A stretch of DNA of 64,000 bases. Origin: Candidatus Rifleibacteriota bacterium (lineage in GTDB: Bacteria > Muiribacteriota > Ozemobacteria > Ozemobacterales > Ozemobacteraceae). The notes beneath the pieces are model-generated. The model was given only the letters and a program-made list of their open reading frames with translations, was not told the DNA's origin and did not search any database. A program made the translations under genes and the position numbers. The stretch covers positions 15,689 to 79,688 of the forward strand of contig JADFZL010000017.1 in NCBI GenBank assembly GCA_015232575.1. Reading direction: 5' to 3'. How positions within the stretch are numbered: the first letter of the stretch is position 1; each line of letters opens with the position of its first letter. Below are positions 9,346 to 18,157 of the stretch, one piece after another.

Positions 9346-9898
9346 ATGAATGAGTTTCCAAACATCAGAAAATTAAACCATTTAATACAAGCAACGAAGG
9401 AACGGGTAAAACAAAATGAGTCAAAAATCTGCCAAGACCAGGATTGGCTATACGCGCTCAGCGTTTTTATTGCTGAGAATCTTGAGTTGCTGAATTCAGT
9501 AGAACAGCGTTTGCTGACCCTTGAGAAACTTCCACCTGAATCAGATGAACTCAAGGCTTTTCTGAATGATATATTCCGCCTTTTTCATTCTCTGAAGGGT
9601 GGTGCAGCATCTTTTGATCTGAATGTTACTAAAAGTATTACACATCTAAATGGAAAACATGCTGGACTTCTTCAGACGGAGCAGCGTAAAAGTTCAGCCC
9701 AGACATGTTGACCTGATGAATCTAACATGTGATTTCATAAGAAAAATATTAGGTTGCGTGTCAGAGGAGTATGAAGACAGTATCTTCCAGAGCGAATCTG
9801 AAAACATTTCCGCACTTACAAGAAGTTACAGCTTTGCTGTCACTTCGACCGAAAGAGAAATCTGGTATCTTCTACTACGGGGTAGCGCATGTTTTTAA
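9346..9898 (+). pseudogene. Stand-alone HPt-domain gene, paralogue of the N-terminus of the 12548 cheA, interrupted by a 1-nt frameshift
   Basis: ORF 9346-9711 (..DQDWLYALSVFIAEN..DIFRLFHSLKGGAASFDL..ITHL) and ORF 9650-9898 (MENMLDFFRR..VDLMNLTCDFIRKIL) together align colinearly with DEDWLQAFGVFLAET..GIFRLFHSLKASTAAFEL..MTHNAENLLDTFRK..IDLLCQTCDFLAKSL of the 922-aa CheA. The frame change lies at about 9645-9652 (CAT CTA A ATG GAA AAC). It could be a sequencing or assembly error rather than a true pseudogene. Confidence 0.55.
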
Positions 9899-9935
9899 CA
9901 TCCCTTCTGAGATCTCTCCCCTCGGTCGAGATGAC
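9839..9935. repeat. Intergenic inverted-repeat element, family 1 (arm consensus about GTCATYTCGAMCGAA..GAGA.ATCTC), copy A
   Basis: Left arm GTCACTTCGACCGAAAGAGAAATCT (9839-9863). Right arm GAGATCTCTCCCCTCGGTCGAGATGAC (9909-9935). The arms are imperfect reverse complements. Confidence 0.7.
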
Positions 9936-10066
9936 AACGAATGGTTAATGGGTTACAAAATTTAGGTGTTATTAAAAACCGATTTCTGGAAAAACTTATG
10001 AGAATATGCTATATTTCGCGGGTTGATATATTCTGAGTTAAATTCATTAATTTTTATTCAGGGGAG

Positions 10067-11137
10067 ATGAGAATGGATAGGAAGCTGCTGGAAAAACTTT
10101 CGAACAGTCTCGAAAATACAGATGAAACTACACGCATTTATGCTGCTGAAGATCTGGGATATGAAAAGTGCCTGGAAGCGGCTGAACTATTGCTGAACAG
10201 ACTTCCCCACGAGCAGTCTATTGCCGTAAGAGAAGCCATAAAAAGGGCTCTTGCTAACATTGATTCTGAAGACCTTGTCGAAAAATTAGCTGAACTTCTT
10301 GGCAACCAGGATGCTTTTATCAGAAACATGGCAGTAACGCACCTGAGAAAAGTTGGGTCAAAAAAAGCGAACTTTCTTCTCAAACACATGAAATCGGCCA
10401 CGGATCCTGATATCAGGAAGTTCATCCTTGATATCGCAATTGATTTTGAAGAAAAGACTGCCCACCCCTTTTTTGCAGAAGGACTTAAGGACCCGGACAT
10501 TAATGTTTTGATACGTGCAGTAGAGGGTTCTGGACAATTTCACTACTCTGACTTCAGAGAGAAAATTGAAGAATTCGTACAAAGTAGAAATGAACCGATG
10601 CTTTTAATGGCCTGTTTTGACGCTCTTTCCTCAATCGGTTCAGAGCAAACTCTTCCAGTAATTGAAAAGCGTTTTGGGGAATTCGAAAAAGTCAGAGAGT
10701 TTTACCTCAGACCAATGTTGAAAATATATGGAAAAGTTGGCAAAACTGATAATATTTCCCGACTTGAAAAAATCTGTCAATTGAAACCACATCTTACGGA
10801 CTTTGTTCTTTCGTCTGCCATTCTTCCGATTTTTTCAAGATTTTCAGAAGACCCAATACCGGAAACCATTTTAAGCATGATTCAGGAATCTGTTGAGAAA
10901 GAGCTGCCCGAAAAGGATAAATTAGATATATATTATCTGATCGGCTCAAGGCAAAAAAACCCAAAAATAAGAACGCTTATTGAGACCAGCCTCAACTCAA
11001 AGAATAGAATCAACAGACTTGGTGCTGCAATAGCTCTGTCAATGTTATCATCTGAAATTTCACGTGAGCTTATCAATAACCGCCTTAAAATCGAAAAAGA
11101 TCCAGAAGTAAAGGAGATGTTGCAACATGTCTTCTAA
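10067..11137 (+). CDS. HEAT-repeat protein
   Basis: 356 aa of repeated helical units with the HEAT/PBS-lyase-like signature (TRIYAAEDLGYEK.., AVREAIKRALANI, AFIRNMAVTHLRKVG, PDIRKFILDIA, RLGAAIALSML). Overlaps cheR by 11 nt. Confidence 0.7.
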   Translation: MRMDRKLLEKLSNSLENTDETTRIYAAEDLGYEKCLEAAELLLNRLPHEQSIAVREAIKRALANIDSEDLVEKLAELLGNQDAFIRNMAVTHLRKVGSKKANFLLKHMKSATDPDIRKFILDIAIDFEEKTAHPFFAEGLKDPDINVLIRAVEGSGQFHYSDFREKIEEFVQSRNEPMLLMACFDALSSIGSEQTLPVIEKRFGEFEKVREFYLRPMLKIYGKVGKTDNISRLEKICQLKPHLTDFVLSSAILPIFSRFSEDPIPETILSMIQESVEKELPEKDKLDIYYLIGSRQKNPKIRTLIETSLNSKNRINRLGAAIALSMLSSEISRELINNRLKIEKDPEVKEMLQHVF

Positions 11138-11966
11138 CACTGTATTATCCCAGGACGATTTCAACAAAATACGCGATTTGATTTGTGAAAGAACTGGCAT
11201 GTACTTTGATGACCGCAAGCTTTCGTTTCTCGAAAAGAGAATTCAGGACAGAATGAAAAAGCTTGGCATTGACACCTTCTTTAACTACTTCTTTAATATT
11301 AAATTCGGAGAAAACAGTACAGAACTTCAGTTTCTCATCGACATGATAACGACGAACGAAACATACATGTTTCGCGAATATGAACAACTTGAATCATTCG
11401 CAAATTCCTGTCTGCCGGAAGTACTTAAAGAAAAGAAAACACGTGGAAACAATGAAATAAAAATCTGGTCTGCAGGCTGCTCAACTGGCGAAGAGGCTTA
11501 TACCCTTGCGGTTATTTTACGGGAATGTCTTGAAGACATAGATCAATGGAATGTGTCTATTTACGCAACTGACATAGACACCAGCGTTCTGAAAAAATGC
11601 GAAGCGGCAATTTACTCAGAACGCTCGGTTAAAGAAATGCCGACCGAATATTTTGCAAGGCACATTAAGATCGTTCCGGGCGGTTATATGATTTCACCCG
11701 ACACGAAGAAATTGGTTAAACCAATGCACTTAAATCTTATGGACAGAGCATCCATGAGAGGAATGCGGGGTTTTGATTTTATTTTCTGCAGAAACGTTCT
11801 TATTTACTTCGATGACAATGGCAGAAAAGAAGTCGTAGACAATTTCTACAACAGCCTCAATCATAACGGGTACATTTTTCTGGGCCATTCTGAATCGGTC
11901 GGAAGAATTACAACTGCTTTCCGTCTAAAGAGAATGGGCGGATTCCTTGTTTACTGCAAGTCTTAA
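11127..11966 (+). CDS. cheR: Chemotaxis protein methyltransferase CheR
   Basis: 279 aa. N-terminal helical CheR domain (FNKIRDLICERTGMYF). SAM-binding IWSAGCSTGEEAYTLAVIL. IFCRNVLIYFD. Confidence 0.9.
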   Translation: MSSNTVLSQDDFNKIRDLICERTGMYFDDRKLSFLEKRIQDRMKKLGIDTFFNYFFNIKFGENSTELQFLIDMITTNETYMFREYEQLESFANSCLPEVLKEKKTRGNNEIKIWSAGCSTGEEAYTLAVILRECLEDIDQWNVSIYATDIDTSVLKKCEAAIYSERSVKEMPTEYFARHIKIVPGGYMISPDTKKLVKPMHLNLMDRASMRGMRGFDFIFCRNVLIYFDDNGRKEVVDNFYNSLNHNGYIFLGHSESVGRITTAFRLKRMGGFLVYCKS

Positions 11967-11986
11967 GCAAAGAAGGGAAATGATTT

Positions 11987-12373
11987 ATGAAAAAAATTCT
12001 TATTATTGATGATTCCCAAATGTCCCGGAATTACCATTCTGCTATTCTTCAGGAAAACGGCTATGAGATCCTTCAGGCTGCCGACGGCGCAGAAGGACTT
12101 GAAAAAGCCCTCATGAACCAGATTGATGCCGTAATGGTTGATATTAACATGCCTGTAATGGATGGCTTTGAATTCATCAGACGACTTCGCTGTGAAGAAT
12201 CGCATAAACTACTTCCTGTAATTATTATGTCTACGGAAAAATCTGATGAAGATGTAACCCAGGGTATGAACGCAGGTGCAAATTTATACCTGGTAAAACC
12301 AGTTGACCCCGATACACTGCTTGACAGCATTGAAAAAATGATACCTAAGTTTAAAAAACTTGAAGCAAAATAA
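11987..12373 (+). CDS. cheY: CheY-like single-domain response regulator
   Basis: 128 aa. KILIIDDSQMSR, DAVMVDINMPVMDG, VIIMSTE, ANLYLVKP. Confidence 0.85.
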   Translation: MKKILIIDDSQMSRNYHSAILQENGYEILQAADGAEGLEKALMNQIDAVMVDINMPVMDGFEFIRRLRCEESHKLLPVIIMSTEKSDEDVTQGMNAGANLYLVKPVDPDTLLDSIEKMIPKFKKLEAK

Positions 12374-12389
12374 TACATGGGTTTTTGCG

Positions 12390-12467
12390 GTCATTTCGAA
12401 CAAAGGAAAAAAGTCTGGAAACTTCTTATATAACCCTTCGGTGATCTCTCCCTTCTGTCGAGATGAC
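12390..12467. repeat. Intergenic inverted-repeat element, family 1, copy B
   Basis: Left arm GTCATTTCGAACAAAGGAAAAAAGTCT (12390-12416). Right arm GTGATCTCTCCCTTCTGTCGAGATGAC (12441-12467). A further partial arm GGTCGAAATGGC lies at 12475-12486. Confidence 0.65.
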
Positions 12468-12547
12468 ATTGAACGGTCGAAATGGCAGCAAATACACCTT
12501 AATTGCAGAGCAAATTGTTGAATAAAAGTGGAAAGGTCTGAAGCGTA

Positions 12548-15316
12548 ATGGTAAGAGACGAAGACTGGTTGCAGGCATTTGGAGTATTTCTCGCAGAAAC
12601 TCGTGAAATGCTTGTCGAAGTTGAGCCAGCTTTTATTTTCCTGGAAAAGGAATCACCTGACTCCGCCGATTTTAAAAAACAAATTGATGGAATATTCAGA
12701 CTTTTTCATTCTCTGAAAGCATCGACTGCTGCATTCGAACTTTTCAAACTGCGTGATATGACCCATAATGCAGAAAACCTTCTTGACACTTTCAGGAAAG
12801 TGCCCAGAAAGTTTTCTTCTGAACAAATTGATCTTCTTTGTCAGACCTGTGATTTCCTAGCTAAATCTCTTGATTATATAAGCAAAACTTTCTCTGACGA
12901 AAACCTGGCTGAGAAAGCAATTGAATATAATCAGAAATACATTGAGGAACTTGATAAAATCGGCAAAGCCCCAGGCACAGGTTCAGATACATCGCTCTCC
13001 AGCCCCGAAGCGTCTAAAACAACTTCGCCAACCACACCTAAAAAAGAATCAGTTTATTCAGAATTAAGGAAAACCATAGAATGCTTTTCTTCATCCAATT
13101 TAGCTGATACCTACTCTGAATTTGCAGAAACAATTCCAGGAGAGATTCTTGACGGATTTCTTCTGGAAGCTAAATCGCTGATCAAGAAAGCCAAAGCTGT
13201 TCTTTCCCAAATATCACCTGAAAATAAAGATATTTCCCCCCTGAAAGAAGCAAACAATGCGATCCATTCTTTCAAAGGACTTACTGACTTTTTAAATTTT
13301 TCTGCATTCAGTCAATTCTGCATAACTCTTCAAACATTCATCCGGAAAATTCTGACTCATAAAATTCTTCTCTCTGTAAGCACTTTCTCACTTCTGAAAA
13401 CTAATTTCGATGATATTGAACATCTTCTCACACGATTAAACAATAATCCGGTACTTGATAACGACAGACTTAATGCAATGACCGAAGCTCTGACTTCATT
13501 AACTTCTGAAGCAGAAGAGGAATCTGCCGCACTCTTAGATGTTAATGATACAGCAGAAACAATTGATAAGCAGAAAAAATCTATTGAGGGATTTGACATT
13601 CTGATCGACCAGCTTCCTGAAACGCTGCACGAAATGAAAATGGATGTCACACCTGAAATATCTGCCAAATTTCGAGAAGAGTCTGAAGCACTTTTTAAAC
13701 TGATTGACGCAGGAATTCTTAAAGCTAGTACAAAAAATGATCAGGCAGGAATAATAGAATCATTCAAAGCTTTCAGAGAATTTGGTGTCCTCGCAGGCTT
13801 TTTGGGATACTCAAAGCTCCTTGGAATAAGTACACTTGCTGAAAGCATAATAGAATCAGCAATAAAACGCCCTCTGGTTGAACTTATCTCTTTTTTCAAA
13901 ACAATTAATGCCACTGTAAACGAGCTTCGAAATTCCCTTGAACGACTAAAAAATGGAAAAGACGAGTCATTTGAACCCGCTTTTTCTGATGCAAAATCGC
14001 TGGAAATTATCTTCCGGGAATTTGAACAAACCGAAAAAGCTGCTGCTCCCTCAGATGCCCCTTCAGCTAAACAAACAGATAAAGACAAATTCGGCACTCC
14101 GACGATTAGAGTAGAAGAAACAAAAATTGATAAACTTATGGGTATTCTTGGTGAACTTTTTACAACCCGTGCATCTTTTCCACTTCTGGTAAATAAACTT
14201 CAATTGCACAATCAGAACTCTTTTGCCGAAGAACTTTCTATCTCAAGCAATGAAATTTCACGCCTTACCGAAGAACTTAGAGGAGTTCTTCTGTCAATAA
14301 GAATGGTAACCCTGAAATCTACTTTTCAGCGCATTCCGCGACTGGTAAGAGATCTCTCAAAAATGCTTAATAAGGAAATCAGGCTTGATTTGATCGGTGA
14401 AGCAACCGAGATGGACAAGAATTTAGTTGAAAAGCTCACAAATCCTCTTGTACATATCATCAGAAACGCAGTAGATCATGGAATTGAAATGCCTGAAGAC
14501 AGACTAAAAAAGGGTAAGCCTGCTGAAGGAAAAATAGTCGTAAGCGCAGAAACAGAGGGTTCAACAATTCTTGTAAAAATCTCAGATGACGGCAAGGGCC
14601 TTGACCCTGAATTCCTTAAAAGAAAAGCTGTTTCTAAAAAACTCATTTCACAGCAAACAGCAGACGCAATGAGCCACCGTGATGCACTGAATTTGATCTT
14701 CCTGGCCGGATTTTCAACAGCGGAAAAACTGACCGACGTTTCCGGCAGAGGGGTCGGCATGGACGTTGTCATGAATGATGTAAAATCGGTTCAGGGTTCT
14801 GTTCAGATGGACAGCTCTGTTGATGCAGGTTCTACTTTCACCCTTAAATTTCCAACCAGTATGATAATCTCTGATCTTATTCTCATCAAGTCGGCGCGGG
14901 ATGAATATCTTATACCAGTAGAAAATATTTCTGAACTGGTGAAGGTATCACCCGCTAATGTGCACATATTTCGCGGAAAAATGATGACACAAATTCGAGA
15001 TGCTGTTTATCCGATAATACACCTCGATGACCTTTTGTATGCCACCGGAAAAGATTCAGCAATAAATTATCAGAGACGCATCGAACAGATGGAAGAAGCT
15101 GATTTTCCTGCCACAATAATCGAATCAGGAAAAACAAGCTTTGTGATTGCGGTTGATCGCCTTGTAACTCAGGAAAAAGTTATGGTAAAGCCACTCGCAG
15201 AAGAGATTAGCTCACTGACTAAGATTTTTTCCGGTGCAGCAATAATGGGTGACGGACGTGTTGTGCTTGTAATTAATCCACGCGAACTCGCAAATCATTT
15301 CTGCAACTTCTTCTGA
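12548..15316 (+). CDS. cheA: CheA-type histidine kinase with three N-terminal HPt-like domains
   Basis: 922 aa. HPt1 FRLFHSLKASTAAFEL, HPt2 NAIHSFKGLTDFLNF, HPt3-like FKAFREFGVLAGFLGY (no His at the expected position). S/T/P-rich linker. N-box HIIRNAVDHGIE, G1 DDGKGL, G2 GRGVGMDVV. C-terminal CheW-like domain. Confidence 0.9.
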   Translation: MVRDEDWLQAFGVFLAETREMLVEVEPAFIFLEKESPDSADFKKQIDGIFRLFHSLKASTAAFELFKLRDMTHNAENLLDTFRKVPRKFSSEQIDLLCQTCDFLAKSLDYISKTFSDENLAEKAIEYNQKYIEELDKIGKAPGTGSDTSLSSPEASKTTSPTTPKKESVYSELRKTIECFSSSNLADTYSEFAETIPGEILDGFLLEAKSLIKKAKAVLSQISPENKDISPLKEANNAIHSFKGLTDFLNFSAFSQFCITLQTFIRKILTHKILLSVSTFSLLKTNFDDIEHLLTRLNNNPVLDNDRLNAMTEALTSLTSEAEEESAALLDVNDTAETIDKQKKSIEGFDILIDQLPETLHEMKMDVTPEISAKFREESEALFKLIDAGILKASTKNDQAGIIESFKAFREFGVLAGFLGYSKLLGISTLAESIIESAIKRPLVELISFFKTINATVNELRNSLERLKNGKDESFEPAFSDAKSLEIIFREFEQTEKAAAPSDAPSAKQTDKDKFGTPTIRVEETKIDKLMGILGELFTTRASFPLLVNKLQLHNQNSFAEELSISSNEISRLTEELRGVLLSIRMVTLKSTFQRIPRLVRDLSKMLNKEIRLDLIGEATEMDKNLVEKLTNPLVHIIRNAVDHGIEMPEDRLKKGKPAEGKIVVSAETEGSTILVKISDDGKGLDPEFLKRKAVSKKLISQQTADAMSHRDALNLIFLAGFSTAEKLTDVSGRGVGMDVVMNDVKSVQGSVQMDSSVDAGSTFTLKFPTSMIISDLILIKSARDEYLIPVENISELVKVSPANVHIFRGKMMTQIRDAVYPIIHLDDLLYATGKDSAINYQRRIEQMEEADFPATIIESGKTSFVIAVDRLVTQEKVMVKPLAEEISSLTKIFSGAAIMGDGRVVLVINPRELANHFCNFF

Positions 15317-15422
15317 AGGTAACCGGAAGGGATACTCGATGCCCTGATTCGTACCCCCTGGACCTGAGTATGCAAAATCTTTAATAAGGGAACAAATTGA
15401 GGTGTTAACTTTGGGATGGGCT

Positions 15423-15485
15423 GTCATCTCGAACGAATGTGGGAGATCTCATAAAAGCGAGATTTCTCCCGTCGGTTGAAATGAC
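15423..15485. repeat. Intergenic inverted-repeat element, family 1, copy C (compact hairpin)
   Basis: GTCATCTCGAACGAATGTGGGAGATCTC (15423-15450), an 8-nt loop, then GAGATTTCTCCCGTCGGTTGAAATGAC (15458-15485). Confidence 0.7.
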
Positions 15486-15616
15486 ATAGTAGTCATACAA
15501 AAATTAAGCGGTAATGAACACACTACCCAGACACGGATCAGAAAGTCATAAGCTTCAATCGAATAACCCGGATACGCAGTGTTTCAACGAAGGTTTGTTT
15601 TCGGAAATTCTAAACG

Positions 15617-16519
15617 CTACTTTTGAGATGCGGTTATCAGCAGCTTTTTCACTTCGTCGACAGATAAACCTGAATATTTGGAAATAATTTGTTCATCAAG
15701 GCCATCAGCGTGCATTCTAAGGGCGGATTCAAGTTTCTCCTTCGCAGCGCCTTTCTCAATACCTTTCTCAAGGCCTTCCTGAAAAGGAACTTCGTAATTT
15801 GATTCGTACATACTGGCCTGATAATGAAGATCATCTGAATAACGCTCATAAATTCGGCGCTCTTCATCAGATAATTTCATGATATCAAAAACTTCCTTTG
15901 CTTTCATTATGCCTTTTGCTTTAAAATCGCTTTTTATTTCCTCGTTTTTGAGAAAATACATCCATTCATCGAGTGTGTTCCTGGCGATGTCATCGAAACT
16001 GTTTACCCTCAAAAGATAATACTCTGGAAAAATCTGGCAAGTAAGTTCTTTATTAAAAAGCTTTTTCTGGAGCTTGTTAAGCTGAAGCTCATCTTGTTTG
16101 TACAATCCTCTAAATGAGGTAGTACCATGGTATATGTAATCAGAACCTTGTCCAAAGTTGAAATAGAGTATGCTGACCGAGAAAACTTTTACAACTTCGG
16201 AATATTTACTTCCTTCAGAAAGATGTTCAACAACGCTTTTTGAAACTCCGTAAAGAATGCGTTGAAGAAAATCAAATTCCCTCTCATACTGAACTTCTAT
16301 TATTACAATTTCATTCTTGCTGTTCTTAACCTTCAGATCCAATCTGTTTTGTTTATCTTTTTCGGTTTCCTTATTGCTTTCGCTCTCAAGAATCTCTACA
16401 ATTTTTACATCCTCTTTCAACAATTCAGAAAGAAAACCTTCAAGAATTTCAAAATTGGCTTTACTACGCAAAAGCCTCTTTAACGCCCAGTCAAAGCTTA
16501 TGAGTTTTCGTTTGGACAT
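15617..16519 (-). CDS. Rpn-family (YhgA-like) PD-(D/E)xK recombination-promoting nuclease / putative transposase
   Basis: 300 aa. N-terminal LISFDWALKRLLRSKANFEILEGFLSELL...RLDLKV..IVIIEVQYE matches the conserved Rpn/Transposase_31 nuclease core as I remember it. Helical C-terminal half. Confidence 0.7.
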   Translation of the reverse strand: MSKRKLISFDWALKRLLRSKANFEILEGFLSELLKEDVKIVEILESESNKETEKDKQNRLDLKVKNSKNEIVIIEVQYEREFDFLQRILYGVSKSVVEHLSEGSKYSEVVKVFSVSILYFNFGQGSDYIYHGTTSFRGLYKQDELQLNKLQKKLFNKELTCQIFPEYYLLRVNSFDDIARNTLDEWMYFLKNEEIKSDFKAKGIMKAKEVFDIMKLSDEERRIYERYSDDLHYQASMYESNYEVPFQEGLEKGIEKGAAKEKLESALRMHADGLDEQIISKYSGLSVDEVKKLLITASQK

Positions 16520-16765
16520 TTAAACACCTCCGTCTGAAGACTCTGTTCTCAACTTTTCTCCATGGTAACAGTTCCTGATATGAATGTAAAGAAAACAACG
16601 GCCAACAAATTCAGAATCTACATCAAGCATCCATGGCAAAGCTGTCTTACTGAACCAGTCAAATTCCAAACGACCTCTTTTCGTGAACGGACCCTGCTGC
16701 GCTCGTTTTTAAATCGACATCTCAGATTTTCCTGAAGATTGTTTTCAAGTTTCTTTTCAGGAATG

Positions 16766-16794
16766 TTGCGAAATTTTTTCTAATCCGCTACAAT
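16766..16794 (+). promoter_or_regulatory. Candidate sigma70-type promoter of the dehydrogenase operon
   Basis: TTGCGA (16766-16771), a 17-nt spacer, then TACAAT (16789-16794), about 55 nt upstream of the ATG at 16849, which has AAGGAG before it. Confidence 0.4.
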
Positions 16795-16848
16795 TTCAAT
16801 TCAGGTTATTAAATTTTACAGCAGTATTTTATTTTCAAGGAGACGAAT

Positions 16849-17676
16849 ATGCCCGGTGAATTTACTTACTGTGCGCCAATAGACAGCACAGAACTGATGA
16901 AAATGCTGGAAAAATACGGTTCAGAGGGACGTATACTTGCCGGAGGCACAGATCTTCTGGTAGACGCAAGAGCCGGAAGAATCAAGCCAAAAGTGTTGAT
17001 AGATATTAAAAAAGTGTCTTCTCTTGCAACTGTCAGCTTTACTGAAAAAGATGGACTATCAATCGGAGCGGCAGTTACATGTTCTGACATAATTCAGGAT
17101 CAGAATGTAAGGCAAAAATATTCCCTGCTTTCTGAATGTGCCTCCCAAATTGGTTCTCCGCAGCTTAGAAACCGCGCAACTATAGCCGGAAATATCTGCA
17201 CCGCTTCCCCATGCGCCGATATGGCACCTGCCCTGCTTTGTCTCGGAGCATCTGTTGATATCGTTTCTTCTGCCGGCACCAGGACAGTAAAACTCAGCGA
17301 TTTTTTCACTGGAGTAAAACAAACCGCTCTTAAAGCTGGCGAATATCTTGGAAGAATTATTGTACCAGCAGCCTCTGCAAATTTGTCCGGCGCTTTCGAA
17401 AAACTTAAAAGAATAAAAGGACACGACATTTCACTCGCAAGTGTTGCCGCAGTAAAGACAGATAATGCAATCAGAATCGCGGTCGGGTCGTGCGCTGTAA
17501 CTCCGCTTCTGATACCCGAATTTCCACTGAATTCACAGAGCAGCGAAATCTGGAAAACTGTACAACAGACAATCAAACCAATCTCTGATATAAGAGCATC
17601 AGCTGAATATCGAATGGTGATGGTCAAAGCATTTGTCGATCGCGTAATCGCACGCCTGAACAGGGAGGCAAAATAA
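16849..17676 (+). CDS. Xanthine dehydrogenase / CO dehydrogenase family, FAD-binding medium subunit
   Basis: 275 aa. ILAGGTDLLVD FAD-binding motif. CoxM/XdhB-like length and C-terminal SDIRASAEYR motif. Confidence 0.85.
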   Translation: MPGEFTYCAPIDSTELMKMLEKYGSEGRILAGGTDLLVDARAGRIKPKVLIDIKKVSSLATVSFTEKDGLSIGAAVTCSDIIQDQNVRQKYSLLSECASQIGSPQLRNRATIAGNICTASPCADMAPALLCLGASVDIVSSAGTRTVKLSDFFTGVKQTALKAGEYLGRIIVPAASANLSGAFEKLKRIKGHDISLASVAAVKTDNAIRIAVGSCAVTPLLIPEFPLNSQSSEIWKTVQQTIKPISDIRASAEYRMVMVKAFVDRVIARLNREAK

Positions 17677-17680
17677 ATTT

Positions 17681-18157
17681 ATGAGAATCAAAGTTAATGT
17701 CAACGGAAAAGACTATATTCGGGAAATTCAGGAAAACAGAACCCTTTTGACATTTTTGCGTGACGACCTGGGCCTCACCGGAACAAAAGAAGGTTGCGGA
17801 GCTGGCGAATGCGGCGCCTGCACTGTCATAATGAACAATAAATCTGTTAATTCCTGCCTAATTCTGGCTGTCGAAGCAGACGGAGCAATGATTGAAACCA
17901 TAGAAGGTGAAATGAAAGACGGCGAAATGTCACCTCTTCAGAAATCCTTCCACAAACACCATGCTTCTCAATGCGGTTTCTGCACCCCCGGAATGGTAAT
18001 GCGACTGAAATCTTTTTTGAAAGATAACCCCAAACCAACCGAACACCAGATAAAAGAAGCTATCGAAGGGAACTTCTGCCGCTGTACTGGTTACAGTCAA
18101 ATAATAGAAGCAGTTCAGGACGTCTGCGGAACATTCGACGAAAGGAAGAAACAATAA
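17681..18157 (+). CDS. Xanthine dehydrogenase family, [2Fe-2S] small subunit
   Basis: 158 aa. CGAGECGACTV, then CGFCTPG and CRCTGY cysteine clusters. Confidence 0.9.
   Translation: MRIKVNVNGKDYIREIQENRTLLTFLRDDLGLTGTKEGCGAGECGACTVIMNNKSVNSCLILAVEADGAMIETIEGEMKDGEMSPLQKSFHKHHASQCGFCTPGMVMRLKSFLKDNPKPTEHQIKEAIEGNFCRCTGYSQIIEAVQDVCGTFDERKKQ

Noticed and set aside
15617-16519. Calling the Rpn-family gene an insertion sequence
   Set aside because: No terminal inverted repeats or target duplications flank it. Rpn proteins are usually domesticated nucleases. It is annotated as a CDS only.
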